Part shown: positions 1-9,097 of the stretch, piece by piece
How the letters are laid out: the number at the start of each line of letters is the position of its first letter
How positions within the stretch are numbered: position 1 is the first letter of the stretch
NCBI GenBank assembly: GCA_965226495.1
Contig: OZ245365.1
Span: forward strand, 64,001-128,000
Length of the DNA stretch: 64,000 nt
Direction: 5' to 3'
DNA from: Candidatus Marinacidobacterales bacterium
GTDB taxonomy: Bacteria; Acidobacteriota; Vicinamibacteria; Marinacidobacterales; DATDRI01
Notes under the pieces: model-generated
What the model was told of the DNA's origin: nothing
Database searches by the model: none
The model's input: the letters and a program-made list of their open reading frames with translations, nothing else
Position numbers and translations under genes: made by a program

Positions 1-7
1 GGGAACC

Positions 8-127
8 CCGTCGCCCATATGGTCGCCAGAATACGGGAGTGCCGGTTACCAGAGGTGGCCAGGCGGTTCCGTCGCCCGTGCCAGCCGCCAAAATACGGGG
101 TGCCGGTCACCAAACGTGGCCAGGCGG
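8..127. repeat. Two imperfect ~61-bp tandem repeat units at the window edge
   Basis: ccgtcgccc...atacggg(a)gtgccggtYacca...gtggccaggcgg occurs at 8-66 and 69-127; each unit holds a GGTYAC/GTGGCC hairpin. Confidence 0.8.
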
Positions 128-145
128 CGGTAGGGAAGGGTTCTT

Positions 146-1054
146 CTAGGAGACGGGCTCGGTGACCGGAGTCTTGGCCGCGGTGACCGCCACGGTGACT
201 GGCTCCGGGTAGCTCACTTGCTCCCAGCAATCCGGCGACTCGATGATCTGGCGCACCAACTGCGTGTGGAGACAGTGCCCGGCGCGAACCGCGACCACGT
301 GAGCGAGCAATGGGCGGCCCAGTAACGACAGGTCCCCTAAGATATCGAGGATCTTGTGCCGGACGAACTCGTCGGGGAAGCGAAGCGGGTTGTTGAGCAC
401 TCCGGCCTCACCGAGAACGACCGCGTTATCCAAGGACCCACCAAGCGCTAATCCCGCCTGCCGAAGTTGTTCCACATCTTTGAGAAACCCAAAGGTGCGG
501 GCCGGGGCGAGCTCTTCGACGAACGAATCCTCGTCGATCTCGAGCGAGTGCTGTTGATGTCGTAGCAAAGGATGGTCGAAGTTGATCGTGTAGCTCACTC
601 GCAGTGAATCGGCTGGATAAGCGGCGACCTGCCGACCTTCTGATTCCACGGCTATCGGACGGGTGAGCTTCAAATAGGAACGCTCTTTCGGTAAGCTCCG
701 AAACCCCGCTTCGTGGATCAAATAGATGAAGGGCGCGGCACTGCCATCCATAATGGGAACCTCGGGGGCATCGAGCTCGACGATGGCGTTGTCTACACCC
801 AGCGTCGCGAGTGCCGCAAGGAGGTGCTCGACCGTCTCTACTCGTACTTCACCCTTGGAAAGGCAGGTTGCGTAATTGAGCCGGGCAAGATGTTCCGATG
901 TCGCGGGGATCTCGAAGTGATTGCGGTCCATTCTTCTAAAAATGATCCCCGTGTCCGCCGCCGCAGGTTTTAGGGTTAGCCTGACCTTGCGACCCGAGTG
1001 GAGGCCTATCCCGACACAGCCACTTTCACGTTTTAGAGTTCTTTGAAAATGCAT
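146..1054 (-). CDS. lpxC: UDP-3-O-acyl-N-acetylglucosamine deacetylase
   Basis: QRTL..GIGLHSG, TVEHLLAAL, PIMDGSA, ARTFGF and RHKILD motifs. Start set at ATG 1054 (MHFQRTL); the ORF-track extension to 1531 overlaps the promoter and the SDR gene. Confidence 0.96.
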   Translation of the reverse strand: MHFQRTLKRESGCVGIGLHSGRKVRLTLKPAAADTGIIFRRMDRNHFEIPATSEHLARLNYATCLSKGEVRVETVEHLLAALATLGVDNAIVELDAPEVPIMDGSAAPFIYLIHEAGFRSLPKERSYLKLTRPIAVESEGRQVAAYPADSLRVSYTINFDHPLLRHQQHSLEIDEDSFVEELAPARTFGFLKDVEQLRQAGLALGGSLDNAVVLGEAGVLNNPLRFPDEFVRHKILDILGDLSLLGRPLLAHVVAVRAGHCLHTQLVRQIIESPDCWEQVSYPEPVTVAVTAAKTPVTEPVS

Positions 1055-1096
1055 GAGACCTCGAAACCCCTCTATATAATAGGCAGCCAAACAACC

Positions 1097-1112
1097 AGCA
1101 AGCATTGTGCCA
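1097..1112 (-). promoter_or_regulatory. sigma54 -24/-12 promoter of lpxC
   Basis: Minus strand reads TGGCACAATGCTTGCT, matching TGGCAC-N5-TTGC, 42 nt upstream of the start codon. Confidence 0.85.
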
Positions 1113-1192
1113 GGAAAGCCGTGGCGGGCTCGCTCAGTAAACCTATGATGGTAAACGGATTGGGCCTGCACCCCGACAAGCGCCAGGCGGGC

Positions 1193-1243
1193 TGTGTCAC
1201 GATTGCCACAGTAACTTCTGCCCATTGTCTCATATCTGCAACA
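1193..1243. promoter_or_regulatory. Two candidate enhancer (bEBP) sites upstream of the lpxC sigma54 promoter
   Basis: TGTGTCACGATTGCCACA (1193-1210) and TGTCTCATATCTGCAACA (1226-1243) both fit TGT-NN-CA-N4-TG-NN-ACA and lie 33 bp apart. Confidence 0.65.
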
Positions 1244-1354
1244 GGCGTCTGGCCAGGTCCCAGCTACGACTCCCCGTTGAATGACGCTCGAGTGGTCAGG
1301 CATTGGTAACTCTGCTAAAATGCTCGCGTCTCCACGAACAAGGATCAGATCCGG

Positions 1355-2098
1355 TTGAGAGTCGCGGGTAGGGTTGCGCTCGTCACGGGCGCTGCGGGCG
1401 GGATCGGGCAAGCGGCGGCCAGCATTCTTGCCGAAGAGGGGGCGCGGCTCGCGCTCAACGACCTGCCGGGAGCAGAACTCGGGGCTCTCACCGCAGAGCT
1501 CGAGAAAAAAGGCCATGCTTTTTCCGTGCATCAGGCCGATGTGACCGACGGTCGAGCGGTCGAAAAGATGTTCTCCGAGGTCATCGCTCGATGGGAAGGG
1601 CTGGACATCGTACTGGCCAATGCTGGCATCAATCGAGATGCCTTCGTCGAAAAACTCGACGAAGAGGAGTGGGACCGAGTCCTAGACGTGAACTTGAAAG
1701 GCTGCTTCCTCACGTGCCGAGCCGCTTTCCAGGCGATGTCGTCCCGGGGCGGCGGGACGATCGTCGCGACTTCTTCCGTCTCTGCTCTCGGCAACATCGG
1801 CCAGAGCAACTATGCCGCGTCCAAGGCGGGGATTTTGGGGCTGGTTCGGTCACTAGCCCTCGAAGGCGCTCACGTCGGAATCCGTGTGAACGCGGTGGCC
1901 CCCGGATTTACCGACACCTCGATGGTAAGATCGATCCCCGAGAGAGTCCGGGACAAGTTGCTCGCTCGCGTGCCGCTTGGTCGGATGGCGCGCCCGGACG
2001 AGATCGGCCAAGCGATGCTCTTCCTCGCTAGTCCGGAATCGAGTTACATTACAGGACAAGTGATTTTTGTGGACGGCGGCGCAAGCGTGGGGTTTTAG
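1355..2098 (+). CDS. SDR family oxidoreductase (FabG/PhbB-like)
   Basis: TGAAGGIG Rossmann motif, NAG, catalytic YAASK, ITGQVIFVDGG; TTG start. Confidence 0.9.
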   Translation: MRVAGRVALVTGAAGGIGQAAASILAEEGARLALNDLPGAELGALTAELEKKGHAFSVHQADVTDGRAVEKMFSEVIARWEGLDIVLANAGINRDAFVEKLDEEEWDRVLDVNLKGCFLTCRAAFQAMSSRGGGTIVATSSVSALGNIGQSNYAASKAGILGLVRSLALEGAHVGIRVNAVAPGFTDTSMVRSIPERVRDKLLARVPLGRMARPDEIGQAMLFLASPESSYITGQVIFVDGGASVGF

Positions 2099-2112
2099 CG
2101 GAGAACGACGGA

Positions 2113-2631
2113 ATGGAATTCGGCGCCTACCTGCAGAAGGGGATTCAGATCCTCCAGTTGGACACGAATACCATTCGTGACGTCTACCGAGACGAGGATG
2201 CTTTGCTGCCCGCGATCCTTTTCGTTGCGCTGGCCGGTTTGGCGAGCGGCGTGGGGCAGTTCAGTTTTCGCAGCATGGTCTTCGGGATCTTGCTGATGAC
2301 GCTCGTCTCCTTCGTCGTTGTGGGGCTCTTGCATGTGCTGGCCCGTCTCTTCGGCGGGACGGCATCCTTCCTGGAGCTCTACCGGCCGCTCGGCGCTGCA
2401 GCATCGGTTCACTGGGTGTTGGCCGTGCCTTTCCTCGGTCCCGTTCTCGGTTTCCTGGCCGCGCTCTACTCGCTGGTGGTGGCGGTGATCGTGGTCGAGA
2501 CCGCCGGCGAATTACCTCGATCGAAATCGCTGGTGGTGGTGGCTCTATTCTTCGCCTTGACCCTCTTCTTGTATTTGGTCTTCTTCGCGGTGATCGGGTC
2601 CTTGGCGCTCCTGAGATGGTTCGCCTCGTGA
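2113..2631 (+). CDS. YIP1-like multi-pass membrane protein
   Basis: 172 aa with about 5 hydrophobic helices and the motif ARLFGGTASF. Confidence 0.65.
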   Translation: MEFGAYLQKGIQILQLDTNTIRDVYRDEDALLPAILFVALAGLASGVGQFSFRSMVFGILLMTLVSFVVVGLLHVLARLFGGTASFLELYRPLGAAASVHWVLAVPFLGPVLGFLAALYSLVVAVIVVETAGELPRSKSLVVVALFFALTLFLYLVFFAVIGSLALLRWFAS

Positions 2632-2635
2632 TGGC

Positions 2636-3787
2636 TCAGGGAAGGAACTTGCTTACCCGCTTCAGCTTCTGCGGGAGATACTCCTCTAGCACGTAGTTCA
2701 ATCCCCACTTCGCTAGAGCTTGTTGCTCGGCGCGCACACCCATCTTTAGTAGCTGGGTGATGGCCGCTGACCAGGCCGGCTGGCTCTTGAAGAAGGGGTC
2801 GTTCTTGAGGGCGTCCTTAGCGCGTTTGATGTCGACCTCTTTGAGGGGGTGGGTCGGGAGCTTGTAGTCCCGAATATCCTGAGGCGTCACTCCTAGGTAG
2901 CGGGCGCTGGGGACACAGAAAAATTGATTGATGTGGGCGGCGTTTCCGGAGCCTACCTTGAGCGTTCGGTAGATGTTTGAGATCCCGTAAGGATCGCAAT
3001 CGACGAAGGCGTACACTGGAATCTTCGCTTCTTCGGAAAGTTTGCGGATGAAACGGCGGGTGGCACGCGTCGGCACCCCTCCCATCGAGACCAGAATACA
3101 TTTGGCCTTCTGCCAGAACTTGTGGCTCTGCAGTCTTTGAAACATGCCGCCCGTCTCGATGGCGAGGACGAACTTGGCGTTGGTCTCGAACGATAGATGT
3201 TCCACCGAGCTCGGGATCGAGTAGGCGCCGGAGCCGAAACGCGTGCAATCGATCCGCTCCACCGCACCGGTCTCGATATCGGGGTCGTAGACGATGAGCT
3301 GACCGGCGACCGCGCCGCCATGCTCGTCAGGAGTGAACCGCAGCTGCTCCCGACTCACCTTGTACATTGAGAACATCGCCTCGATGTCGTCCATGACCGT
3401 ATCGGACTCGGTTTGCTCCTGGAATCCGGCGTCGCCCCAATTCTTGGACTGGTAGTAGGCGTCTCGTTTGGTGGCGAAGTCGTTGGATTCGATGAGATCC
3501 TTGGAGAGCGACATCATCCGGAGCGTTTGAGCAAAGGTCTTCACCGTGGACACCGTGAGCGTTCGCACCTTCTTCTGCTTTCCGATTTCGAGATAGCCAC
3601 TCTTTTTCGAATAGCTGACGTTAGAGAGCGACCGAACGGGAAACTTCAAATCGGGTTTGCCGCGCTTTAGGATCTTCCTATTGGTCTCTTCAGCGGTTCG
3701 GGTGATGAGCTTGAGCGTGTTCTGATCGAGCCGTTTGTTCTTCCGCTTGACCTCGGCGACGTAGCGTTTGGCCTGGGTGGCTCTCAT
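2636..3787 (-). CDS. top6A: DNA topoisomerase VI subunit A (Spo11 family)
   Basis: TKRDAYY with catalytic Tyr, [35 protein letters not shown] and EQQAL. Confidence 0.95.
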   Translation of the reverse strand: MRATQAKRYVAEVKRKNKRLDQNTLKLITRTAEETNRKILKRGKPDLKFPVRSLSNVSYSKKSGYLEIGKQKKVRTLTVSTVKTFAQTLRMMSLSKDLIESNDFATKRDAYYQSKNWGDAGFQEQTESDTVMDDIEAMFSMYKVSREQLRFTPDEHGGAVAGQLIVYDPDIETGAVERIDCTRFGSGAYSIPSSVEHLSFETNAKFVLAIETGGMFQRLQSHKFWQKAKCILVSMGGVPTRATRRFIRKLSEEAKIPVYAFVDCDPYGISNIYRTLKVGSGNAAHINQFFCVPSARYLGVTPQDIRDYKLPTHPLKEVDIKRAKDALKNDPFFKSQPAWSAAITQLLKMGVRAEQQALAKWGLNYVLEEYLPQKLKRVSKFLP

Positions 3788-5589
3788 ACCTTACGACTCC
3801 TCTCTAACGTGTCGGTGAGCACGTTCACGGTTTTGTCCCGTTGTTTGTCGGTCAAAGAGAGTATGTCCTGCAGTGCAACCCCGATCTGTGGGATGTACTT
3901 TTGAATGTACGCCAGCTTCTTGGTCTCTGCCGCTTCTCGTTTCCGCCGCCGGATGTGAGCACCCAGCTTCCTTCCCACCTCCTGTAGACCCAGGCGTAGC
4001 TCTTTGAGTATCTCCGGGTAATGCGCGATCGCCTCTTTACTCTCCGAGGTAAAGGGCACCCAGACCGAGGCGATGTGAACGAACAAAACCATGGGGCCGG
4101 TCGGTCCCGCACTGCGGGATTGTTGGAGTCCGTAGTTTCTCCAATCGGTACCGATGACCGCCTTGTTGATGGCGCAAGCCGAGGCCTGGTATTGGAGAGG
4201 GACACGATTGGCAACCCTAAAGACATCGGCCAGCTCTTCCGCTGCCAAAGAGCCTCCGTATGCCACCCCGATCTCGACCTGAAAGGGATTGCCGCGGTAG
4301 ACGTTCGGCGAGCGAGTGCTCGCCTCGTAGAAATCGGCCTCGATCCGTTTCTTGAGGCCGGACACGATGGCCTCCTCACCGATGGGGGCTAGGCAGTTGG
4401 TGGGAGGGGCCATGATCTTCACTTCCGGGATGGCGCGAAAGACCTTCTCGGCGTCCACCCTAGAGAGATTCTTCGGGCGGTTCTCCGGCCGAAGTCCCGC
4501 TTTTTCGATGATCTGGTTGGCCACTTTGGAGGAGACTCGGGAAAAGTCGTCCATGAGCGCTCCTTTGAGGGAGCGTGAGCGCGTTTCTTTGAGCATCTTT
4601 ATCAACACGCCCAGTTCGACCCCGTTAGGGTGGGGCTTGATAGCGACCGTTTCCCGCGGATGCTCTTTGGTGGCACGCTCGTAAACCACGGCCTCCCGGC
4701 TGGGGGCCGTGTATTTGATCGAAGCGTGCGGATTGGCTATGGCCGTTTGTTCGATGTAGTCGTCGACTGAGCGGCGGCCTCTCTTGTAGGTGCCCTCGAG
4801 CTCGATCTCGACTCGCGTTCCGTGATCGAGATGCCAGCTCGAGAGCTTATCGTCCTTGACGACCTCGGGTTGATTAGTCCGGGTGTCGATATGCATCTCA
4901 TAGTAGTGAGCCGGCCTACTCTTGCCAGTTCGCGACCAGATCCGAACGGGTTTTCCAGTCGTGAGTTGGCCATACATGGAAGCTGCTGAGATGCCGATAC
5001 CTTGCTGACCGCGGCTTTGCTTCAAAGTGTGAAACTTGGAACCGTAGAGCAGCTTGGCGAAGATCTTCGGGATTTGAGCCCTGACGATGCCAGGGCCATT
5101 GTCCTGAACGGCGATCCGAAACCGATCTTCGGCCAGAGTCTCTATGGTCACCTCGAGATCGGGAAGGATGCCGGCTTCTTCGCATGCGTCGAGGGAGTTG
5201 TCCACTGCTTCTTTGACGGTGGTCAGCAACGCCTTTTGAGGATTATCGAACCCCAGGAGGTGGCGGTTCCGAGTGAAGAACTCGGATACCGAGATCTCGC
5301 GCTGCTTGGTGGCGAGAGTTTCCGCGGAAACCCGCGGTGGCGTTTTGGGTTCTGCCGGTTTCGTCGGTTGCCCAGTTGTTGGCTCCGCAGTCTCATCGAC
5401 ATTTTTCGGCGAGGTTACGAGCTTCAGCGACGATTGTTTTCTTCTCTCTGTTGCAGTAAGCGGCAGTTCGATCTGTTTCGACTTGCCTTTGACGACCCGC
5501 AACGAGCGCTTGGAAGCAGTCCCTTTCTTTTTCTTGGGCTTTGATCTCTTTCGCGCCTTCGGGCTCTCTTTACGCTTTGGCTTGTGCAC
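3784..5589 (-). CDS. top6B: DNA topoisomerase VI subunit B (GHKL ATPase)
   Basis: [59 protein letters not shown]. Start moved to GTG 5589 (AGGAGG 9 nt upstream) because the ORF-track ATG at 5670 overlaps a TATAAT box. Confidence 0.93.
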   Translation of the reverse strand: MHKPKRKESPKARKRSKPKKKKGTASKRSLRVVKGKSKQIELPLTATERRKQSSLKLVTSPKNVDETAEPTTGQPTKPAEPKTPPRVSAETLATKQREISVSEFFTRNRHLLGFDNPQKALLTTVKEAVDNSLDACEEAGILPDLEVTIETLAEDRFRIAVQDNGPGIVRAQIPKIFAKLLYGSKFHTLKQSRGQQGIGISAASMYGQLTTGKPVRIWSRTGKSRPAHYYEMHIDTRTNQPEVVKDDKLSSWHLDHGTRVEIELEGTYKRGRRSVDDYIEQTAIANPHASIKYTAPSREAVVYERATKEHPRETVAIKPHPNGVELGVLIKMLKETRSRSLKGALMDDFSRVSSKVANQIIEKAGLRPENRPKNLSRVDAEKVFRAIPEVKIMAPPTNCLAPIGEEAIVSGLKKRIEADFYEASTRSPNVYRGNPFQVEIGVAYGGSLAAEELADVFRVANRVPLQYQASACAINKAVIGTDWRNYGLQQSRSAGPTGPMVLFVHIASVWVPFTSESKEAIAHYPEILKELRLGLQEVGRKLGAHIRRRKREAAETKKLAYIQKYIPQIGVALQDILSLTDKQRDKTVNVLTDTLERSRKV

Positions 5590-5737
5590 TCCCAATAGCC
5601 TCCTTTGGGATTTCACTTCGCGGGGCAACGACTCGCGACCCTCGAGTAATCGTGAATGTGAAAGAGTCATTATAGAGCAAAACCGCCACGCTCGACACCG
5701 TTTTGACCGGTCGTGAGTCCGTTGCTACTCTTGACCC

Positions 5738-7141
5738 ATGGCGAAGAAGTTTCTCGTGGTCGCGGTTGCGATCGTCGTCCTCGCCGTAGCCGTCGTGTTT
5801 TTCGTGGACTTCGAATCTCCCGAACTCGGGAATGCAGTTGTCGAGAAGGCAAGGGAGGCTACCGGGGCTAGACTTTCGGTTGAGAGGTTTCGTCTGAATC
5901 TGATCCGCGGGTTAGAGCTCGAAGGGGTCGAAGCGACCAGTTCCTTTCCGGGGACCCTCGTCGATGCTCGAATCGATGAATTGGTGCTGAGACACCGGCT
6001 GCTCCCGTTGTTGTCGGGACGGGTGGTGGTCGATCAGCTTCTTATTAGACGCCCCGAAGTAGTGCTCGTCGAACGGGATGCGAAAAACAAACAGAGCTCT
6101 GGCAAACGCGGCAAGCCGAAAACGAAATCCGAGGCCGAACCTTCGGGTGCAAACGGTGCGGATGGCCAGCCCCCTGCCAAGGAAGCCGAGGAGAGTTTCG
6201 GAGGGCTCGCTCTCGAGATCTCCGAGATTCGCATCGAGGATGGATCGATCCGGACTGGTTCGGTCGGGCCCTTTTCTATTGACGGGCTCGACCTTACGCT
6301 GCGGGATCTGTCTTTCAATCGACGGGCGATCTCGCTCCTTCACGCCATCACTGCAGTGGGGTCGCTCGGTCTGGGCGAACTCACGTTGAACGATACGGAA
6401 ATTCATGAAGTCCACGGTGAGCTCACGCTCGACCATGGACTTCTTGAAGGAAAGAACTTCACTTTCGTCACCGAGCAGGGTAGCTTCCATGCCCAACTGA
6501 GCGCGGATTTCAATCGAATCCCGTTCGGATACACGCTCTCGCTGCGCGGGGATCCGATCGACGTGAACGCCATCGCTCGAGCGAAAGAAGGGGGCTTCGG
6601 CGCCGGCCTCCTCGAGCTCGAGGCGGAGGGCTTCGGGACGGATTCGAAGGGCATCAAGGGTAAAGGTGTCTTACACCTCGGTAAAGGTGTCTTACACCTC
6701 GAAGAAGGGACGTTGCCTTCGACACCTGTCTTGGCGGGGTTGGAAAAGGCTTTGGGGCGTGGCACGGCGCTGGTTGGTTCTCGCTACCGCGCGACCGACG
6801 CACCGTTTCGCATCGAAAAAAATCAGGTGATACTCGAGCGATTCCGATTGGGGACTCCCCAGGCGGGGCTCGACCTCGAGGGAATAGTCCATCTCGACGG
6901 TCCCTTGGCTCTAGCGCTGGTACTGCGGACCCCTCGCGAAGGCCTCGTCATCAGAGAAGTTCCCGATGACGTGCTCGACGCCCTGACCGATGACGAGGGC
7001 TGGGTTGCTATCCCTTTCCGGATCACGGGAACTCGGGATGCACCCACGGTCCTGCTAGACGCAAAATCGCTATTGACCGGTAGCGGTACCCAGAAACTCA
7101 TCGAACGAGGAATCAAGGAGTTGCTCGATAAAAAGTTCTAG
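5738..7141 (+). CDS. AsmA family protein
   Basis: N-terminal membrane anchor, beta-rich body, C-terminal IPFRITGT..P motif. Confidence 0.75.
   Translation: MAKKFLVVAVAIVVLAVAVVFFVDFESPELGNAVVEKAREATGARLSVERFRLNLIRGLELEGVEATSSFPGTLVDARIDELVLRHRLLPLLSGRVVVDQLLIRRPEVVLVERDAKNKQSSGKRGKPKTKSEAEPSGANGADGQPPAKEAEESFGGLALEISEIRIEDGSIRTGSVGPFSIDGLDLTLRDLSFNRRAISLLHAITAVGSLGLGELTLNDTEIHEVHGELTLDHGLLEGKNFTFVTEQGSFHAQLSADFNRIPFGYTLSLRGDPIDVNAIARAKEGGFGAGLLELEAEGFGTDSKGIKGKGVLHLGKGVLHLEEGTLPSTPVLAGLEKALGRGTALVGSRYRATDAPFRIEKNQVILERFRLGTPQAGLDLEGIVHLDGPLALALVLRTPREGLVIREVPDDVLDALTDDEGWVAIPFRITGTRDAPTVLLDAKSLLTGSGTQKLIERGIKELLDKKF
6659..6700 (+). repeat. Perfect in-frame 21-bp tandem duplication
   Basis: ggtaaaggtgtcttacacctc twice, encoding GKGVLHL GKGVLHL. 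Confidence 0.95.
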
Positions 7142-7182
7142 CCTTTCAGCTGCTCGAGTTAAGACCCGGGTTGGGAACGGTA

Positions 7183-8085
7183 CTAGTCTTGATCGGAAGG
7201 GTTGGAAGCCCGGTCTGCTACCGGCGGAGGCTGGAACCGCAGAAAAGCGATTTGCTCCGAGAGAAGCCCGAACAAGAAAAGCACTGCCGAAGCGGTGAGA
7301 AGTAGCACCGAGGTATTGGTGACGTGAACTTCGGTAATGATCGTGTAAACGAGATACCCAAAACCGAGAGCAAAGAATGTTGCGGCAATCGGCAGAAAAA
7401 TTCGCAACGGGCTGAAGAGCGTAATCATACGCAGGATGATGATCAAGAACCGCGCACCTTCCCGCCAGGGTCTCATCTTGCTGTGAGAGTCGGCGGAGCG
7501 TTTCCTGCCTTCGATGGGGACGAAAAGAAGGTTGTATCCGGTTCTAACGAACGCCATGGTGCTCGTTGTGGGGTAACTGAAACCGTTTGGTAGTAGGTGT
7601 AAGAACTCTCGCAAGCGATCCCGCCGCGCGGCGCGAAAGCCCGATGTGAGATCTGGGATCTTACGCCCACACAGGTAGGACGCGAGCCGGGCCAATAGCA
7701 AATTACCCAGCCCCCGCGAGGCGTTGGCCTGGGCGCTCCAGTCGCGAGCACCCACGACCATATCGTACTCTCCAAGCGGCCCGATCAGCTTCCGAATGTC
7801 CTCCGGGTCGTGTTGGCCATCGGCATCCATAAGAAGCACCAGGTCGCCCTTCGCTTCTCGAATAGCGGATTTCACCGCGGCGCCGTTTCCTTTGTTGTAG
7901 GGGTGGCGGATGACCCTGGCACCCGCTGCCTCGGCGGCTTCGGCGGTGCCATCGCTGGAGCCATCGTCGATAACGACGACTTCGAGCCAGTTTCCCGCCG
8001 TCTTCGCTCTTTTGACGAGAGCCCCGATGGAGCCCTGCTCGTTGAAAGCCGGGATCAGAACACTGATCCGCTCGGGCTCCGCCAT
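7183..8085 (-). CDS. GT2 glycosyltransferase (DPM1/GtrB-like) with C-terminal TM helices
   Basis: IPAFNE, DDGSSDGT, GNGAA, DADGQH, DLTSGFRA. Confidence 0.92.
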   Translation of the reverse strand: MAEPERISVLIPAFNEQGSIGALVKRAKTAGNWLEVVVIDDGSSDGTAEAAEAAGARVIRHPYNKGNGAAVKSAIREAKGDLVLLMDADGQHDPEDIRKLIGPLGEYDMVVGARDWSAQANASRGLGNLLLARLASYLCGRKIPDLTSGFRAARRDRLREFLHLLPNGFSYPTTSTMAFVRTGYNLLFVPIEGRKRSADSHSKMRPWREGARFLIIILRMITLFSPLRIFLPIAATFFALGFGYLVYTIITEVHVTNTSVLLLTASAVLFLFGLLSEQIAFLRFQPPPVADRASNPSDQD

Positions 8086-8086
8086 C

Positions 8087-9082
8087 TCAGCTGCTTTTCC
8101 TCGTGGCGGGCTCAGGCGCGGAGGATCTTTCGCTGCCGGCCGCGGACACTTGGTCTTCCATGCGGCGTTGGCGATACAGGACCTCTTCGAGGAGCCGTCT
8201 CACCGAGCCCATGATGTCTGCGACGAGGCCGATGAGGACGATCTGAAAACCGACGATCAGTAAGACTCCCGCGGCGATCACCGACTGTACGTGCCCGCGG
8301 CCCTCTCCGATCCAAACGAAGTACCCATAGCGAGCAGAAAGCAGGAGGCCCGCGGCCAAGAAAACCGCACCGATGTAGCTGAAGATCTTGAGCGGCTCAT
8401 ACATCGCGTAGATCCGCACGATAGTCGCGGCGGAACGCTTGACGTAATTCCAATCGCTGGAGATGAGCCGACTGGGTCGTGTTGGACGCGGCGTAATGGG
8501 TATCTGCGCGATGGCCATTCGTTTCTTGCCCGCTTGAATAATGGTCTCGAGCGTGTAGGTGTAGTCGGAAATCACATTCAATCGTTGCGCCGCGTTCCGG
8601 GAAAAGGCTCGGAATCCGCTCGTCGTGTCGGGAACCTTGGTGCCCGATACCTGCCGAACCACCCAGCTGCCGATGGCCTGGAGTTTCTTCTTGGTGAAGG
8701 AGAAGTGTTCCACGTTTCCTACTTGCCGGTCTCCTATCACCATCTCCGCCCGGCCTTCGAGAATGGGGGCGATCAATCTTGGGATCTCGCTGCCGGGGTA
8801 CTGGTTGTCGCCATCGGTATTGACGATGATGTCCGCTCCGAGGCGGAGGGAGGCATCGATTCCGGCCTTGAAGGTAGCGGCGAGTCCTCGCGTTCGCTCG
8901 AAGTGTATGACGTGGTCCGCCCCATGCTGCGTGGCGATTTCCGGCGACCCGTCGGTTGAGCCGTCATCGACGATCAGGATTTCGACCTCGTCCACTCCGA
9001 CCACGTGTCGCGGAATTTCGGCGAGGGTCATCGGAAGCGCGTCGGCCTCGTTCAGGCACGGTATCTGGACGATTAGCTTCAT
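8087..9082 (-). CDS. GT2 glycosyltransferase (DPM1/GtrB-like) with C-terminal TM helices
   Basis: IPCLNE, DDGSTD, DGDNQY, DTTSGFRAF. Confidence 0.92.
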   Translation of the reverse strand: MKLIVQIPCLNEADALPMTLAEIPRHVVGVDEVEILIVDDGSTDGSPEIATQHGADHVIHFERTRGLAATFKAGIDASLRLGADIIVNTDGDNQYPGSEIPRLIAPILEGRAEMVIGDRQVGNVEHFSFTKKKLQAIGSWVVRQVSGTKVPDTTSGFRAFSRNAAQRLNVISDYTYTLETIIQAGKKRMAIAQIPITPRPTRPSRLISSDWNYVKRSAATIVRIYAMYEPLKIFSYIGAVFLAAGLLLSARYGYFVWIGEGRGHVQSVIAAGVLLIVGFQIVLIGLVADIMGSVRRLLEEVLYRQRRMEDQVSAAGSERSSAPEPATRKSS

Positions 9083-9097
9083 GATCGCCTTACTAAT

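Noticed and set aside
1055-1531. N-terminal extension of the lpxC ORF in the track
   Set aside because: It overlaps the promoter and the opposite-strand SDR gene; LpxC similarity begins at MHFQRTL
5590-5670. ATG 5670 as the top6B start
   Set aside because: It overlaps a TATAAT box and has no SD; GTG 5589 has AGGAGG
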